A stretch of 64,000 nt of DNA from Scyliorhinus canicula (Eukaryota), in NCBI RefSeq assembly GCF_902713615.1, contig NC_052158.1:40477729-40541728 (forward strand), given 5' to 3'. Below, piece by piece: positions 48,601 to 59,274 of the stretch (its first letter is position 1; each line of letters begins with the position of its first letter). The notes beneath the pieces were generated by a model that saw nothing but the letters and a program-made list of their open reading frames with translations, was not told the origin of the DNA and made no database searches. Position numbers and translations under genes: made by a program.

Positions 48601-51146
48601 AGCACGGCATGCTCAGAGGCCAAACTGCACAGAGACTGAGTGATGCAAAACTTGAACAATCACTAATGTTCAACACGAATCTACTCGTGGTAGACAAATC
48701 CTACCAAGATGATTTGGTTTTCGAAGAATACTACTCAGACATGGCTGAGTTATTCGGATATGCTGATCACAGCATCAGCGACACAGTCGCAAAGCTCAAC
48801 ACGAATCTACTCGTGGTAGATGAATCCAACACCATGGTGCCATGGCAGATCGTCGATACATTGGATGATGGCATTACCCAATACGAAGACGATGCCACAC
48901 AGAGAGCACAGAAAGACTCCACAGAGAGAGCGATGACAGGCTCCACAGTGAGAGTGATGAAAGACTCCAACAGGGAAGCAAGCAAACACTCCCTGGCGAA
49001 CACCATGCATGAACAAGACCATGAAGGTCAACCCGCTGTATCTGAGCAACCGCAAGCAGACTATGAAAGTCTACCAAGCTCACATGAATAAGAAGAAGAC
49101 AATGTGAAAACAGTGACAAGGTGATCACACTCGACGTACAGGATCACAGCGAGACTGACAGTTCTCAGCTTGTCTGTACAGAAGCACAGAGTAGGGCCAC
49201 CCAACAGTCCAGAGAGACAACGCCAATGGAAACCATGCAGACTTTGACTCAAGAAGAGGAGCACCAAGAGTCCAGTGAGACAACATCAACAGAAACCATG
49301 AAGATTTTGACTCCGGAAGAGGAGCACCAGGAATCCAGAGAGACCGCGTCAAATGAAATCGCGAAGAATTTGACTCCAGAAGAGGAGCACCAAGAAAGCA
49401 AAGATGACAAATCAAATCCACAACAAATGACTGATGTCACCAGCATCAATGCAACATCAGATCAGTCTCACCATTCTCGAGATGAAACGTTCAAAGCAAC
49501 AGATTCCACAAAGGACACTCGCACCAATAACTGTGACAATTACTCAAATTATCCACACGGGACACTCATTGCGCATAACAAGAAAAACAAAAGCCAAAAG
49601 AAGCACAGCAGAAACGAGAACAACAACAGCAAGAACAAAAGCAACATGAAGCGCGACAAGAACAACAAAAATCGCAGGAAACACTGCAGAAACAAGAACA
49701 ACAACAGCACCAACAAAAACTACAAGCATAACCACAAAAACTACATGAAGAACAACAAAACTAACAAGAAGCATAACAAAGATAGCAACAACAAAGACAG
49801 AAATGACAAAAACAGCAACAAGAACGGCAACAAAAACAACAAAGACAGGAACGACAGAAACAACAGCAATGAAACAACGACTTGTACAAAATGGTACAAC
49901 TCTGCACATGAAGGACAATGCCACAGCACACTGCAAAACAATGAAAAGACTACAAACATGCCATGGGATGACAACAAATCGCACAAACTCACATCTGCTC
50001 CAGAACAAGCAAGCACACCAGCTTTCAAGGCGGATGAGATAATAAATTGATACCACAAGCACAGAAAAAAGTCCATGTCAGTCAACATCAGTGGTTTGAC
50101 CATGAAAACACCTCGGGATGACGCATTGGTTACTTAAAATAACAGGAACACCGACAACATTCACCACGTCAACAACAACAAAAGAAAAAAACTCTGAACA
50201 AATTCATCAAGTTTGGACTCATAAATGTTTTTATTGAGTGGACTCATAAATATAAATTGGCTTTGTAAAATATGCAATAGCACCATCATTTGTATAGATA
50301 CACATATCATAAGTAACTGTTTTGTATAATTTTCTTTAACGATGTACAGAAAATATGTAAAGAAAAAAGTGGGGATGTGGTGATCGTATATCTGACTAGA
50401 TGCAATACAACTGAGCAAGTACTAGAGGGAGCATGGGCGAGCTATAAATACACCAGGACAGGAAGTGAGGACACACTTCACGGAAGGCAGAACTGGTAGC
50501 AGGACACAGAGACAAGCAGGCAGCATTTGAGGTAGCCGTAAGTTAAGCTCTGAAGAGATAACAAATTCACAATAAAGCATCTTCTCCACATTTGAGACAA
50601 CGAGCTTTATTAAGACACGAGGAACAACACAAGAGAGAGGAGAATGTAGAACTGAGGGGACAGAGTGAGTGTGGGGGAATCCCCAGTACTGGGAGTACAG
50701 GACACTGAGAGGGGAGAGAGAGAGGAATGTAGAACTGAGGGGACAGAGTGAGTGTGGGGGAATCTCCAGTACTGGGAGTACAGGACACTGTGTTGAATGA
50801 ACTGATTTAATTCCCACACAGATACACGTATAAACACATCTTGTTTCCGGTCTGACCTTCCTTTGTGTGATCAGCCCAGACCAGGTCTAATATTGATCAT
50901 TAAACACACCACACACACTCACATCCTCACCTAATGAATATGGATGGAATGGAAGAGATCTACAGGATCTCCATAAAGTGTAAGGATGGAGGGGAGTGTG
51001 GGAATGAGTATTTCTCACACAATCTCCATTCCCTCACACTTGTGTTCTCATTCTCTGATAATGGATTATTCCCCATTCTAACTGACATTTATTTTACTTC
51101 TGCAGATTCACCGAGTGTGATCTACACAACAGCTCACAGTGAGTGA
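30582..51146 (+). CDS. Nonclassical MHC class I heavy chain, complete 6-exon gene (join 30582-30633, 37311-37571, 45201-45476, 45593-45871, 47067-47186, 51106-51146; 1029 nt, 342 aa)
   Basis: All introns are GT-AG and phase 1; internal exon lengths are multiples of 3 (261, 276, 279, 120). The spliced ORF is open from ATG to TGA and gives leader, alpha1, alpha2, Ig-C1 alpha3, TM and a short cytoplasmic tail, the canonical class I layout. Confidence 0.93.
31140..32580 (+). mobile_element. Degenerate CR1 fragment in MHC intron 1 (mirror copy about 13500-14930, - strand)
   Basis: NYRPVSLTS, DFQKAFD and LEYCEQLWAP motifs with frameshifts. Confidence 0.88.
34130..36780. repeat. 18-bp minisatellite (ATACCGCTCACTCTCCCC)n in MHC intron 1
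   Basis: More than 100 tandem units, degenerate toward 36350-36780. Confidence 0.97.
37311..37571 (+). CDS. MHC class I exon 2, alpha1 domain
   Basis: tatttcacag acceptor and G|gtatgg donor, 261 nt. Translates DIDSFTVLYTGISGIPGYPEFAGMAMLNGVILSHYDSDTLQMFSRHQFITDYLNVEEWDYLNVLGKKHYDVMMGTMNTILKLMNQTV, with class I motifs YTG..PEF, YDSD, W60 and the NQT glycosylation site. Confidence 0.9.
40780..41580 (-). mobile_element. L1/Tx1-clade ORF1 remnant (mirror about 2870-3740, + strand)
   Basis: ENQSRRQKFRIVGLPEG...ERALR...PRAIIV, typical of the L1 ORF1p RRM region. Confidence 0.7.
43624..44289. mobile_element. GC/CpG-rich MITE-like element in MHC intron 2
   Basis: Terminal inverted repeat GGGCGTGATTCTCCGC / GCGGAGAATCGCGCCC (15/16 match); splits a SINE. 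Confidence 0.75.
45201..45476 (+). CDS. MHC class I exon 3, alpha2 domain (cysteine-less)
   Basis: gacag acceptor and G|gtattg donor, 276 nt. Translates GFHTFQWIRSVEVTEDGSIKRSMRFGFDGKDYISL...KTKEKWD...LLRKYLKIGKEFLKKK, with DGKDYI, TxxKW and KYLxxGKExL motifs. Confidence 0.95.
45593..45871 (+). CDS. MHC class I exon 4, alpha3 Ig-C1 domain
   Basis: 279 nt. VQPEV...LTLSCLVTGFYPVDIEVTWLRNG...PNHDGSHQIQKEIEI...YSCQIEHSSL; both Ig cysteines, FYP and the core Trp are present. Confidence 0.97.
47067..47186 (+). CDS. MHC class I exon 5, connecting peptide and transmembrane segment
   Basis: ctttcag acceptor and G|gtaaga donor. EIPENSGDGFHLGIIIGLVITVLAVIFVIIGIIIWKRQRK: hydrophobic run followed by a basic stop-transfer sequence. 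Confidence 0.93.
47487..47831 (-). mobile_element. Young HE1-like SINE inserted in the intron-5 tandem repeat
   Basis: Reverse complement of 21939-22289 with few differences. Confidence 0.88.
47963..50631 (+). mobile_element. Non-autonomous LTR retrotransposon (no pol) in MHC intron 5
   Basis: 256-bp LTRs at 47963-48218 and 50376-50631 (about 9 differences), 5-bp TSD AGAGA, PBS TGGTACCATGAGTGG at 48219 and PPT AAAAAAGTGGGGA. Interior has a gag-like N-terminus, then low-complexity coding sequence. Confidence 0.92.
51106..51146 (+). CDS. MHC class I exon 6, cytoplasmic tail DSPSVIYTTAHSE*
   Basis: Polypyrimidine tract plus tgcag acceptor, in phase with exon 5, YxxA motif, then TGA. Confidence 0.75.
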
Positions 51147-51469
51147 CTGAGGGAGAGAGTGTTGGGATTCAAATAGACGGGATTGAAAATTGTCAAATGG
51201 CATTCTCCTGGGAATAACTAAAGGTTACATACGGAGACTCACCCTCCACTCGCTCAGACTCCAGACCTTCTTTCTCCAGCCCTCACCCACCACTCCTGGT
51301 GCCACTGACTCAGGGAGATGAACATAAGAAATAGGAGCCAGAATGGGCCATGTTTTAAAATTTACTTTTGGGATGTAGACGTTACTGCCTCGGATGGGGT
51401 ACAGTGACTGTGTGAAAGTGAGGGGATTTGGATTGGATACAGTGTCTGTGGGTTTCACTGGTCCGGCCA

Positions 51470-53940
51470 GCATTTATTGGCCATGTCTAATTGCCCTTCA
51501 GAAGGTGGCGGAGAGCTGCTTTCTTGAACTGCTCCTGTCCCTGAGGAGTAGGTACACCCACCGTGCTGTTAGGGAGGGTCTTCTGGGATTTTCACCCAGT
51601 GACAGTGAAGGAATGGTAATATATTTCCAAATCAGGATAATGGGTGACTTTGAGGGGAACCTCCAGGTGGTAGGGTTCCCAGGTATCTGCTGCTCTTGTC
51701 TTTCTAGATGGTCACAGTCCTGGGTTTGGAAGGGGCTCCCTAAGGAACCTTGGCAAGTTCCTGCAGTGGATCTTGTAGATGGTACGTACGATTGCCACTG
51801 TGTATAAGTGGTGGAGGGTTTGAATGTTTGTGGAAGGGGGAGCAACCAAGTGGGCTGCTTTGTTCTGGATGGTGTTGAGCTTCTTGATTGTTTTTGGAGC
51901 TGCACTCATCCAGGTAAGTGGAGAGTATTCCATTACACTCCTGACTTGTATGTATATGCTGTTGCTGAACATTCTCACTTCTGACCTTAAGATGGAATGC
52001 AGGTCATTGATGAAACAGCTGAAGATGGTTGGGCATCGGACACTTCCCTGAGGAACTCCTGCAGTGATGTCCTTGAGCTGAGATGATTGACCTCCAACCA
52101 CCACAACCATCTTCCTTTGCGCCAGGTACGACTCCAACCAGCGGAGAGTTTCCCCCCTGATTTCCACTGACTCCAGTTTAGCTGGAATCCTTGATGCCAC
52201 ACTCGGTCAAATGCTGGCTTAGTGTCAAGGGCAGTCACTCATACCTCACCTCTGGCATTCAGCTCTTTTGTCCATGTTTGAACTACGGCTGTAATGAGGT
52301 CAGGAGCTGAGTGACCTTGGAGGAACCCAACCAGCCCATCCATGGGCAGATTATTGCTGAGTAAGTGCCGTTTGATGGTGCTGTTGATGATCCCATCCGT
52401 TGCTTTACTGATGATTAAGTGTAGACTGATAGGGCGGTCGGATTTGTCCTGATTCTTGTGTACGGACATACCTGGGCAATTTTCCACATTGCCGGGTAGA
52501 TGCCAGTGTTGTAGCTGTACTGGAACAGCTTGGCCAGGGGACAGGCAAGTTCTGGAACATAAGTCTTCAGTATTATTGCTGGAATATTGTCAGGGCCCAT
52601 AGCCTTTGTAGTAGCCAGTGCCGTAAGTCATTACTTGATGTCACATGGAGTGAATCATGTTGGCTGAAGACGACATCTGTGATGCTGGGGACCTCCAGAG
52701 GAGACTGTGATGGATAATCCATTTGGCATTTCTGGCAGATGTTGCGAATCCCTCAGCTTTGTTTTTCCCACAGATATGCTGGGTTCCTCCATCATTGAGG
52801 ACGGGGATATTTGTGGAGCCTCCTCCTCCAGTGAGTTGTATAATTGTCCACCACCATTCACGGCTGGATGTGGTAGGACCGCAGAGCTCAGATCTGATCC
52901 TTGGTTGTGGAATGGTTGAATTTATTACTTGCTGCTTATGCTGTTTGGCACACAAGTCGTCCTGTGTTGTAGCTTCACCAGGTTGACACCTCATTTTTAG
53001 GTATACCTGGTGTTGCTCCAGGTATGCTCTCCTGCACTCTTCATTGAACCAGGGTTGGTCCCCTGGCTGGTGGTAATGGTAGAGTGGGGGATATGCCGGG
53101 CCATGAGGTTACAGATTGTGGTCACGTACAATTCTGCTGATGCTGATGGCCCACAGAGCCTCATGGATGCCCAGTCTTGAATTGCATCTGTTCTGAATCT
53201 ATCCCATTTAGCACAGTGGTGGTGCTACACAGCACCATGGAGGGTATCCTCAATGTGAAGACGGGACTTTGTCTCCAGAAGGACTGTGCGGTGATCACTT
53301 CTACCGGTACTGTCACGGACACATGCACCTGCAGCAGGCAGATTGGTGAGGGTGAGGACAAGTATGTTTTTCCCTCTTGTCCCTCACCACCTGGTGCAGT
53401 CCCAGTCTAGCAGCTATGTCCTTTAGGGCCCGACCAACTCAATCTGTGGTGGCATTACTGAGCCACTCTTGGTGATGGACATTGAAGTTCCCCACCCAGA
53501 GCATTCTTGCCACCCTCAGTGCTTCCCCCAAGTGTTGTTCAACATGAAGGGGTGTGGATTAATCAGCTGATGGTGGATGTGTAATCAGCAGGACACTTCC
53601 TTGCCTATGTTTGACCTGGTACCATGAGACTTCATAGGGTCCAGAGTCGATGTTGAGGACTCCCAGGGCATCTCCTGCCTGACTATATACCACTGAGCTG
53701 CCACCTCTGCTGGGTCTGTCCTGCCGGTGGAACAGGACGTACCCAGGGATGGTGATAGTGGCTTCTGGGACATTCTCTGTAAGGTACGATTCTGTGAGTA
53801 TGGTTATGTCAGGCTGTTCCTTGACTAGTCTGTGGGACAGCTCTCCCAACTTTGGCACAGGCCCCTAGATGTTAGAACGGTAGACTTTGCAGGATTGGTG
53901 GGGCTGGGTTTGTTGTTGACGTTTCCGGAGCCAGGGCCAA
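51470..53940 (-). mobile_element. Decayed CR1-clade LINE ORF2 (endonuclease plus RT)
   Basis: ILTESYL..RQDR..GG endonuclease motifs, GPDNIP, KPAFDRVWH and GVPQGSV fragments. Shorter related pieces at about 44440-44910 and 42570-42770. Confidence 0.85.
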
Positions 53941-56164
53941 CATCAGGTGAAATGAAATGAAATGAAAATCGCTTATTGTCACGAGTAGGCTGCAATGAAA
54001 TTACTATGAAAAGCCCCTAGTCGCCACATTCCGGCGCCTGTTCGGGGAGGCTGGTCCTGGAATTGAACCGCACTGCTGGCCTGCCTTGGTCTGAAACTGA
54101 AAAGCAACAGGCAGATTGGAAACATTCAGACTGTTCTCCTGGGAACAGAGAAGGTTAAGAGGGAATTGAATTGAGAGTTTCCGGGTGATGAAAGATTTTT
54201 ATAGAGGAGGTGGACAAAAATCATTCTCTCTGGTCAGTGATCAATAACTCGCTGTTATAGATTCCAATCTATCAGAGGAGAAATGATTTCCACTCTGGGA
54301 ATGTCAGGATGTGGAATACGACAATTGGCAATGTGGTGGAAGCTGATTCCATCAAACATTAAAAGGAAGTTGAACAATATTGAAGATGAGGAAATTACAG
54401 GGATAAAGACAAAAAGCAGGAATCTGGGACAAAGCATGATGGTTCTCTCAAAGGGCCAGTACAGCTAGATGGGCAGAATGGTTTCCTTTTGTGCTGAAAG
54501 TTTCTATAATTCTCAGTGATTCCCCTTCAACTTGGTTCCACTTCCCCTTTCCCACATCATTCCCAGTTTTCTTGCTGCCTCTCAGTGCTTCAGGATTGCT
54601 GAATCCCGTGGCAGAACATTTGCATCGTCTGATCATCCAGAACCATCTGGATAAACAATTCCAAAGATTCACAACCCTCGGAGAGAAGACATTTCCCAAC
54701 ATCATAGCCCAAGTGACTGATCCCTGATCCACAGACTGGGAATCCGAGATCCCAACTCTCCAGACAGAGGAAGCACTGGGCTGGATGTTCCAAAAATGGG
54801 GCTATGTCCCCATGCCGGCGTAAAAACACTGACGTTTCGCGCCAGACTTAAGAGCTATTCTCCTGCCTGCAGGGGGCTGGCAGGGCTCTGGGGTGCTTCT
54901 CACAGCTTTAGCTGTGGATACGGGACCCCGCACTACCCGTTCCGAGTCCGTGCACACTGGAGAATGTCGGAACATTTGACTCAAATTCCACAGACGATTC
55001 ACTGCTTGTCTGCAATCAATCACCTTCCACTATCTCACCCTCCACTTCCTCACCCTCCGCTTCCTCACCCTCCGCTACCTCACCCTCCGCTACCTCATCC
55101 TCCGCTACCTCACCCTCCGCTACCTCACCCTCCACCTCACCCACCGCCACCTCACCCTCCGCCACCTCACCCTCCACCACCTCACCCTCCGCCACCTCAC
55201 CCTCCGCCACCTCACCCTCCGCCACCTCACCCTCCGCCACCTCACCCTCCGCCACCTCACCCTCCGCCACCTCACCCTCCGCTACCTTACATGCCACTTC
55301 CTCACCGTCCACTTCTTCACCCCCGTCCCCTCACCCCCCGTCCCCTCACCCCCCCCCGTCCCCTCACCCCCCCGTCCCCTCACCCTCCGCTTCATCACCC
55401 CCGTCCCCTCACCCTCCGCTTCCTCACCCTCCGCTTCCTCACCCTCCGCTTTCCCTCCCGCCGCTTCCTCACCCTCCGCTTCCTCACCCTCCGCTTCCTC
55501 ACCCTCCGCTACCCCACCCGCCGCTTCCTCACCCTCCACTTCCTCACCCTCCGCTTTCCCTCCCGCCGCTTTCCCTCCCGCCGCTTTCTCACCCGCCGCT
55601 TCCTCACCCTCCGCTTCCTCACCCTCCGCTTTCCCTCCCGCCGCTTTCCCTCCCGCCGCTTTCCCTCCTGCCGCTTTCCCACCCGCCGCTTTCCCTCCCG
55701 CCACTTTCCCACACGCCACTCCCTCACCTTTCACCCCCTCACACTCCACTGTATCATCCTCCCTTCTCTCCCCCAACCCTCCACGGTGTCACGCTCCACT
55801 CCCACACCCTCCAATTCCACAGCCTCCTCTCCCTCACCCTCCATTCCATGAACCTCATCTCCTTCACCCTCATATCTCTCAGCCACACTCCCTCAGCCTC
55901 CACTATATCAACCTCAAAACCCTCACCCTCCACTTGATCACCATCCACCCCCTCTGTGCTCATTTACCATGTGTGAATCAGTTTAGTTAATGCTGAGGGC
56001 TGATTGAATTCTGGGTCCAGTGAGTGAGAGAGAAAATCTTACTCTTGATGTTTATATTTATTTAATTTCTCACATTCTGTTCATATTTCCTCAGCTTCTG
56101 AAGTCCCTGTTCCAGAACCTTCACAATTCAGTAAGTAGAATTTTAATTTACCTCCGATTTATAT

Positions 56165-57838
56165 CACTCCCTCCTGACCCTGTCTCACTCTCCCAGACAC
56201 TGTTAAACCTGTCAGACTAATTTCACTCCCTCCTGACCCTGTCTCACTCTCCCAGACACTGTTAAACCTGTCAGACTAATTTCACTCCCTCCTGACCCTG
56301 TCTCACCCTCCCAGACACTGTTAAACCTGTCAGACTAATTTCACTCCCTCCTGACCCTGCCTCACCCTCCCAGACACTGTTAAACCTGTCAGACTAATTT
56401 CACTCCCTCCTGACACTGTCTCACTCTCCCAGACACTGTTAAACCTGTCAGACTAATTTCACTCCCTCCTGACCCTGTCTCACTCTCCCAGACACTGTTA
56501 AACCTGTCAGACTAATTTCACTCCCTCCTGACCCTGTCTCACCCTCCCAGACACTGTTAAACCTGTCAGACTAATTTCACTCCCTCCTGACCCTGTCTCA
56601 CTCTCTCAGACACTGTTAAACCTGTCAGACTAATTTCACTCCCTCCTGACCCTGTCTCACTCTCTCAGACACTGTTAAACCTGTCAGACTAATTTCACTC
56701 CCCTCCTGACCCTGTCTCACCCTTCCACTGTTAAACCTGTCAGACTAATTTCACTCCCTCCTGACCCTGTCTCACTCTCCCAGACTCTGTTAAAACCTGT
56801 CAGACTAATTTCACTCCCTCCTGACCCTGTCTCACCCTCCCAGACACTGTTAAACCTGTCAGACTAATTTCACTCCCTCCTGACCCTGTCTCACCCTCCC
56901 AGACACAGTTAAACCTGTCAGACTAATTTCACTCCCTCCTGACCCTGTCTCACTCTCCCAGACACTGTTAAACCTGTCAGACTAATTTCACTCCCTCCTG
57001 ATCCTGTCTCACCCTCCCAGACATTGTTAAACCTGTCAGACTAATTTCACTCCCCTCCTGACCCTGTCTCACTCTCCCAGACACTGTTAAACCTGTCAGA
57101 CAAATTTCACTCCCCTCCTGACCCTGTCTCACTCTCCCAGACACTGTTAAAACCTGTCAGACTAATTTCATTCCCTCCTGACCCTGTTTCACTCTCCCAG
57201 ACACTGTTAAACCTGTCAGACTAATTTCACTCACTCCTGACCCTGTCTCACCCTCACCAACACTGTTAAACCTGTCAGACTAATTTCACTCCCTCCTGAC
57301 CCTGTCTCACTCTCCCAGACCCTGTTAAATCTGTCAGACTAATTTCACTCCCTCCTGACACTATCTCACTCTCCCAGACACTGTTAAACCTGTCAGACTA
57401 ATTTCACTCCCTCCTGACCCTGTCTCACCCTCCCAGACACTGTTAAACCTGTCAGACTAATTTCACTCCCTCCTGACCCTGTCTCACTCTCCCAGACACT
57501 GTTAAACCTGTCAGACTAATTTCACTCCCTCCTGACCCTGTCTCACTCTCCCAGACTCTGTTAAAACCTGTCAGACTAATTTCATTCCCTCCTGACCCTG
57601 TTTCACTCTCCCAGACACTGTTAAACCTGTCAGATTAATTTCACTCCCTCCTGACCCTGTCTCACTCTCCCAGACTCTGTTAAAACCTGTCAGACTAATT
57701 TCATTCCCTCCTGACCCTGTTTCACTCTCCCAGACACTGTTAAACCTGTCAGACTAATTTCACTTCCTCCTGACCCTGTCTCACCCTCCCAGACACCGTT
57801 AAATCCTGTCAGACTAATTTCACTCCCTCCTGACCCTG
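56165..57838. repeat. 59-bp tandem repeat, about 28 copies
   Basis: Same unit as 20330-21085. Confidence 0.96.
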
Positions 57839-59274
57839 ATCCGATTGTCTTGTTTCTCTCCATTCCTTACCTCGTGGGTTTACTGGGCTCCACTGCAGGT
57901 CATTCCCGGAGCCTCATTGATGAATAACAGGATTGGCCTATTCTAGTGTGAACCTGGACATCATTATCCATCCTTCCATATCACACTGGAGAATGTCGGA
58001 ACATTTGACTCAAATTCCACAGACGATTCACTGCTTGTCTGCAATCAATCACCTTCCACTTCCTCACCCTCCACTTCCTCACCCTCCGCTTCCTCACCCT
58101 CCGCTACCTCACCCTCCGCTACCTCATCCTCCGCTACCTCACCCTCCGCTACCTCACCCTCCACCTCACCCACCGCCACCTCACCCTCCGCCACCTCACC
58201 CTCCGCCACCTCACCCTCCACCACCTCACCCTCCGCCACCTCACCCTCCGCCACCTCACCCTCCGCCACCTCACCCTCCACCACCTCACCCTCCGCCACC
58301 TCACCCTCCGCCACCTCACCCTCCGCCACCTCACCCTCCGCTACCTTACATGCCACTTCCTCACCGTCCACTTCTTCACCCCCGTCCCCTCAACCCCCGT
58401 CCCCTCCCCCCCCCCGTCCCCTCACCCCCCCCCGTCCCCTCACCCTCCGCTTCATCACCCCCGTCCCCTCACCCTCCGCTTCCTCACCCTCCGCTTCCTC
58501 ACCCTCCGCTACCCCACCCGCCGCTTCCTCACCCTCCACTTCCTCACCCTCCGCTTTCCCTCCCGCCGCTTTCCCTCCCGCCGCTTTCTCACCCGCCGCT
58601 TCCTCACCCTCCGCTTCCTCACCCTCCGCTTTCCCTCCCGCCGCTTTCCCTCCCGCCGCTTTCCCCTCCTACCGCTTTCCCACCCGCCGCTTTCCCTCCC
58701 GCCGCTTTCCCTCCCGCCGCTTTCCCCTCCCGCCGCTTTCCCTCCCGCCGCTTTCCCTCCCGCCGCTTTCCCTCCTGCCGCTTTCCCACCCGCCGCTTTC
58801 CCTCCCGCCACTTTCCCACACGCCACTCCCTCACCTTTCACCCCCTCACACTCCACTGTATCATCCTCCATTCTCTCCCCCAACCCTCCACGGTGTCACG
58901 CTCCACTCCCACACCCTCCAATTCCACAGCCTCCTCTCCCTCACCCTCCATTCCATGAACCTCATCTCCTTCACCCTCATATCTCTCAGCCACACTCCCT
59001 CAGCCTCCACTATATCAACCTCAAAACCCTCACCCTCCACTTGATCACCATCCACCCCCTCTGTGCTCATTTACCATGTGTGAATCAGTTTAGTTAATGC
59101 TGAGGGCTGATTGAATTCTGGGTCCAGTGAGTGAGAGAGAAAATCTTACTCTTGATGTTTATATTTTATTTAATTTCTCACATTCTGTTCATATTTCCTC
59201 AGCTTCTGAAGTCCCTGTTCCAGAACCTTCACAATTCAGTAAGTAGAATTTTAATTTACCTCCGATTTATATCA

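Larger units (their letters stand above)
47190..50790. repeat. About 72-bp tandem repeat in intron 5, split by the SINE and the LTR element (pieces 47190-47486, 47832-47950, 50640-50790)
   Basis: Unit contains GAATGTAGAACTGAGGGGACAGAGTGAGTGTGGGGG and the palindrome CCCAGTACTGGG. Confidence 0.85.

Noticed and set aside
49121-50050. 309-aa ORF as an independent host gene
   Set aside because: It lies between two LTRs with PBS, PPT and TSD, so it is element-internal.
51115-51135. ITIM in the cytoplasmic tail (VIYTTA)
   Set aside because: Position Y+3 is Ala, not Leu/Val/Ile, so it does not meet the ITIM consensus.
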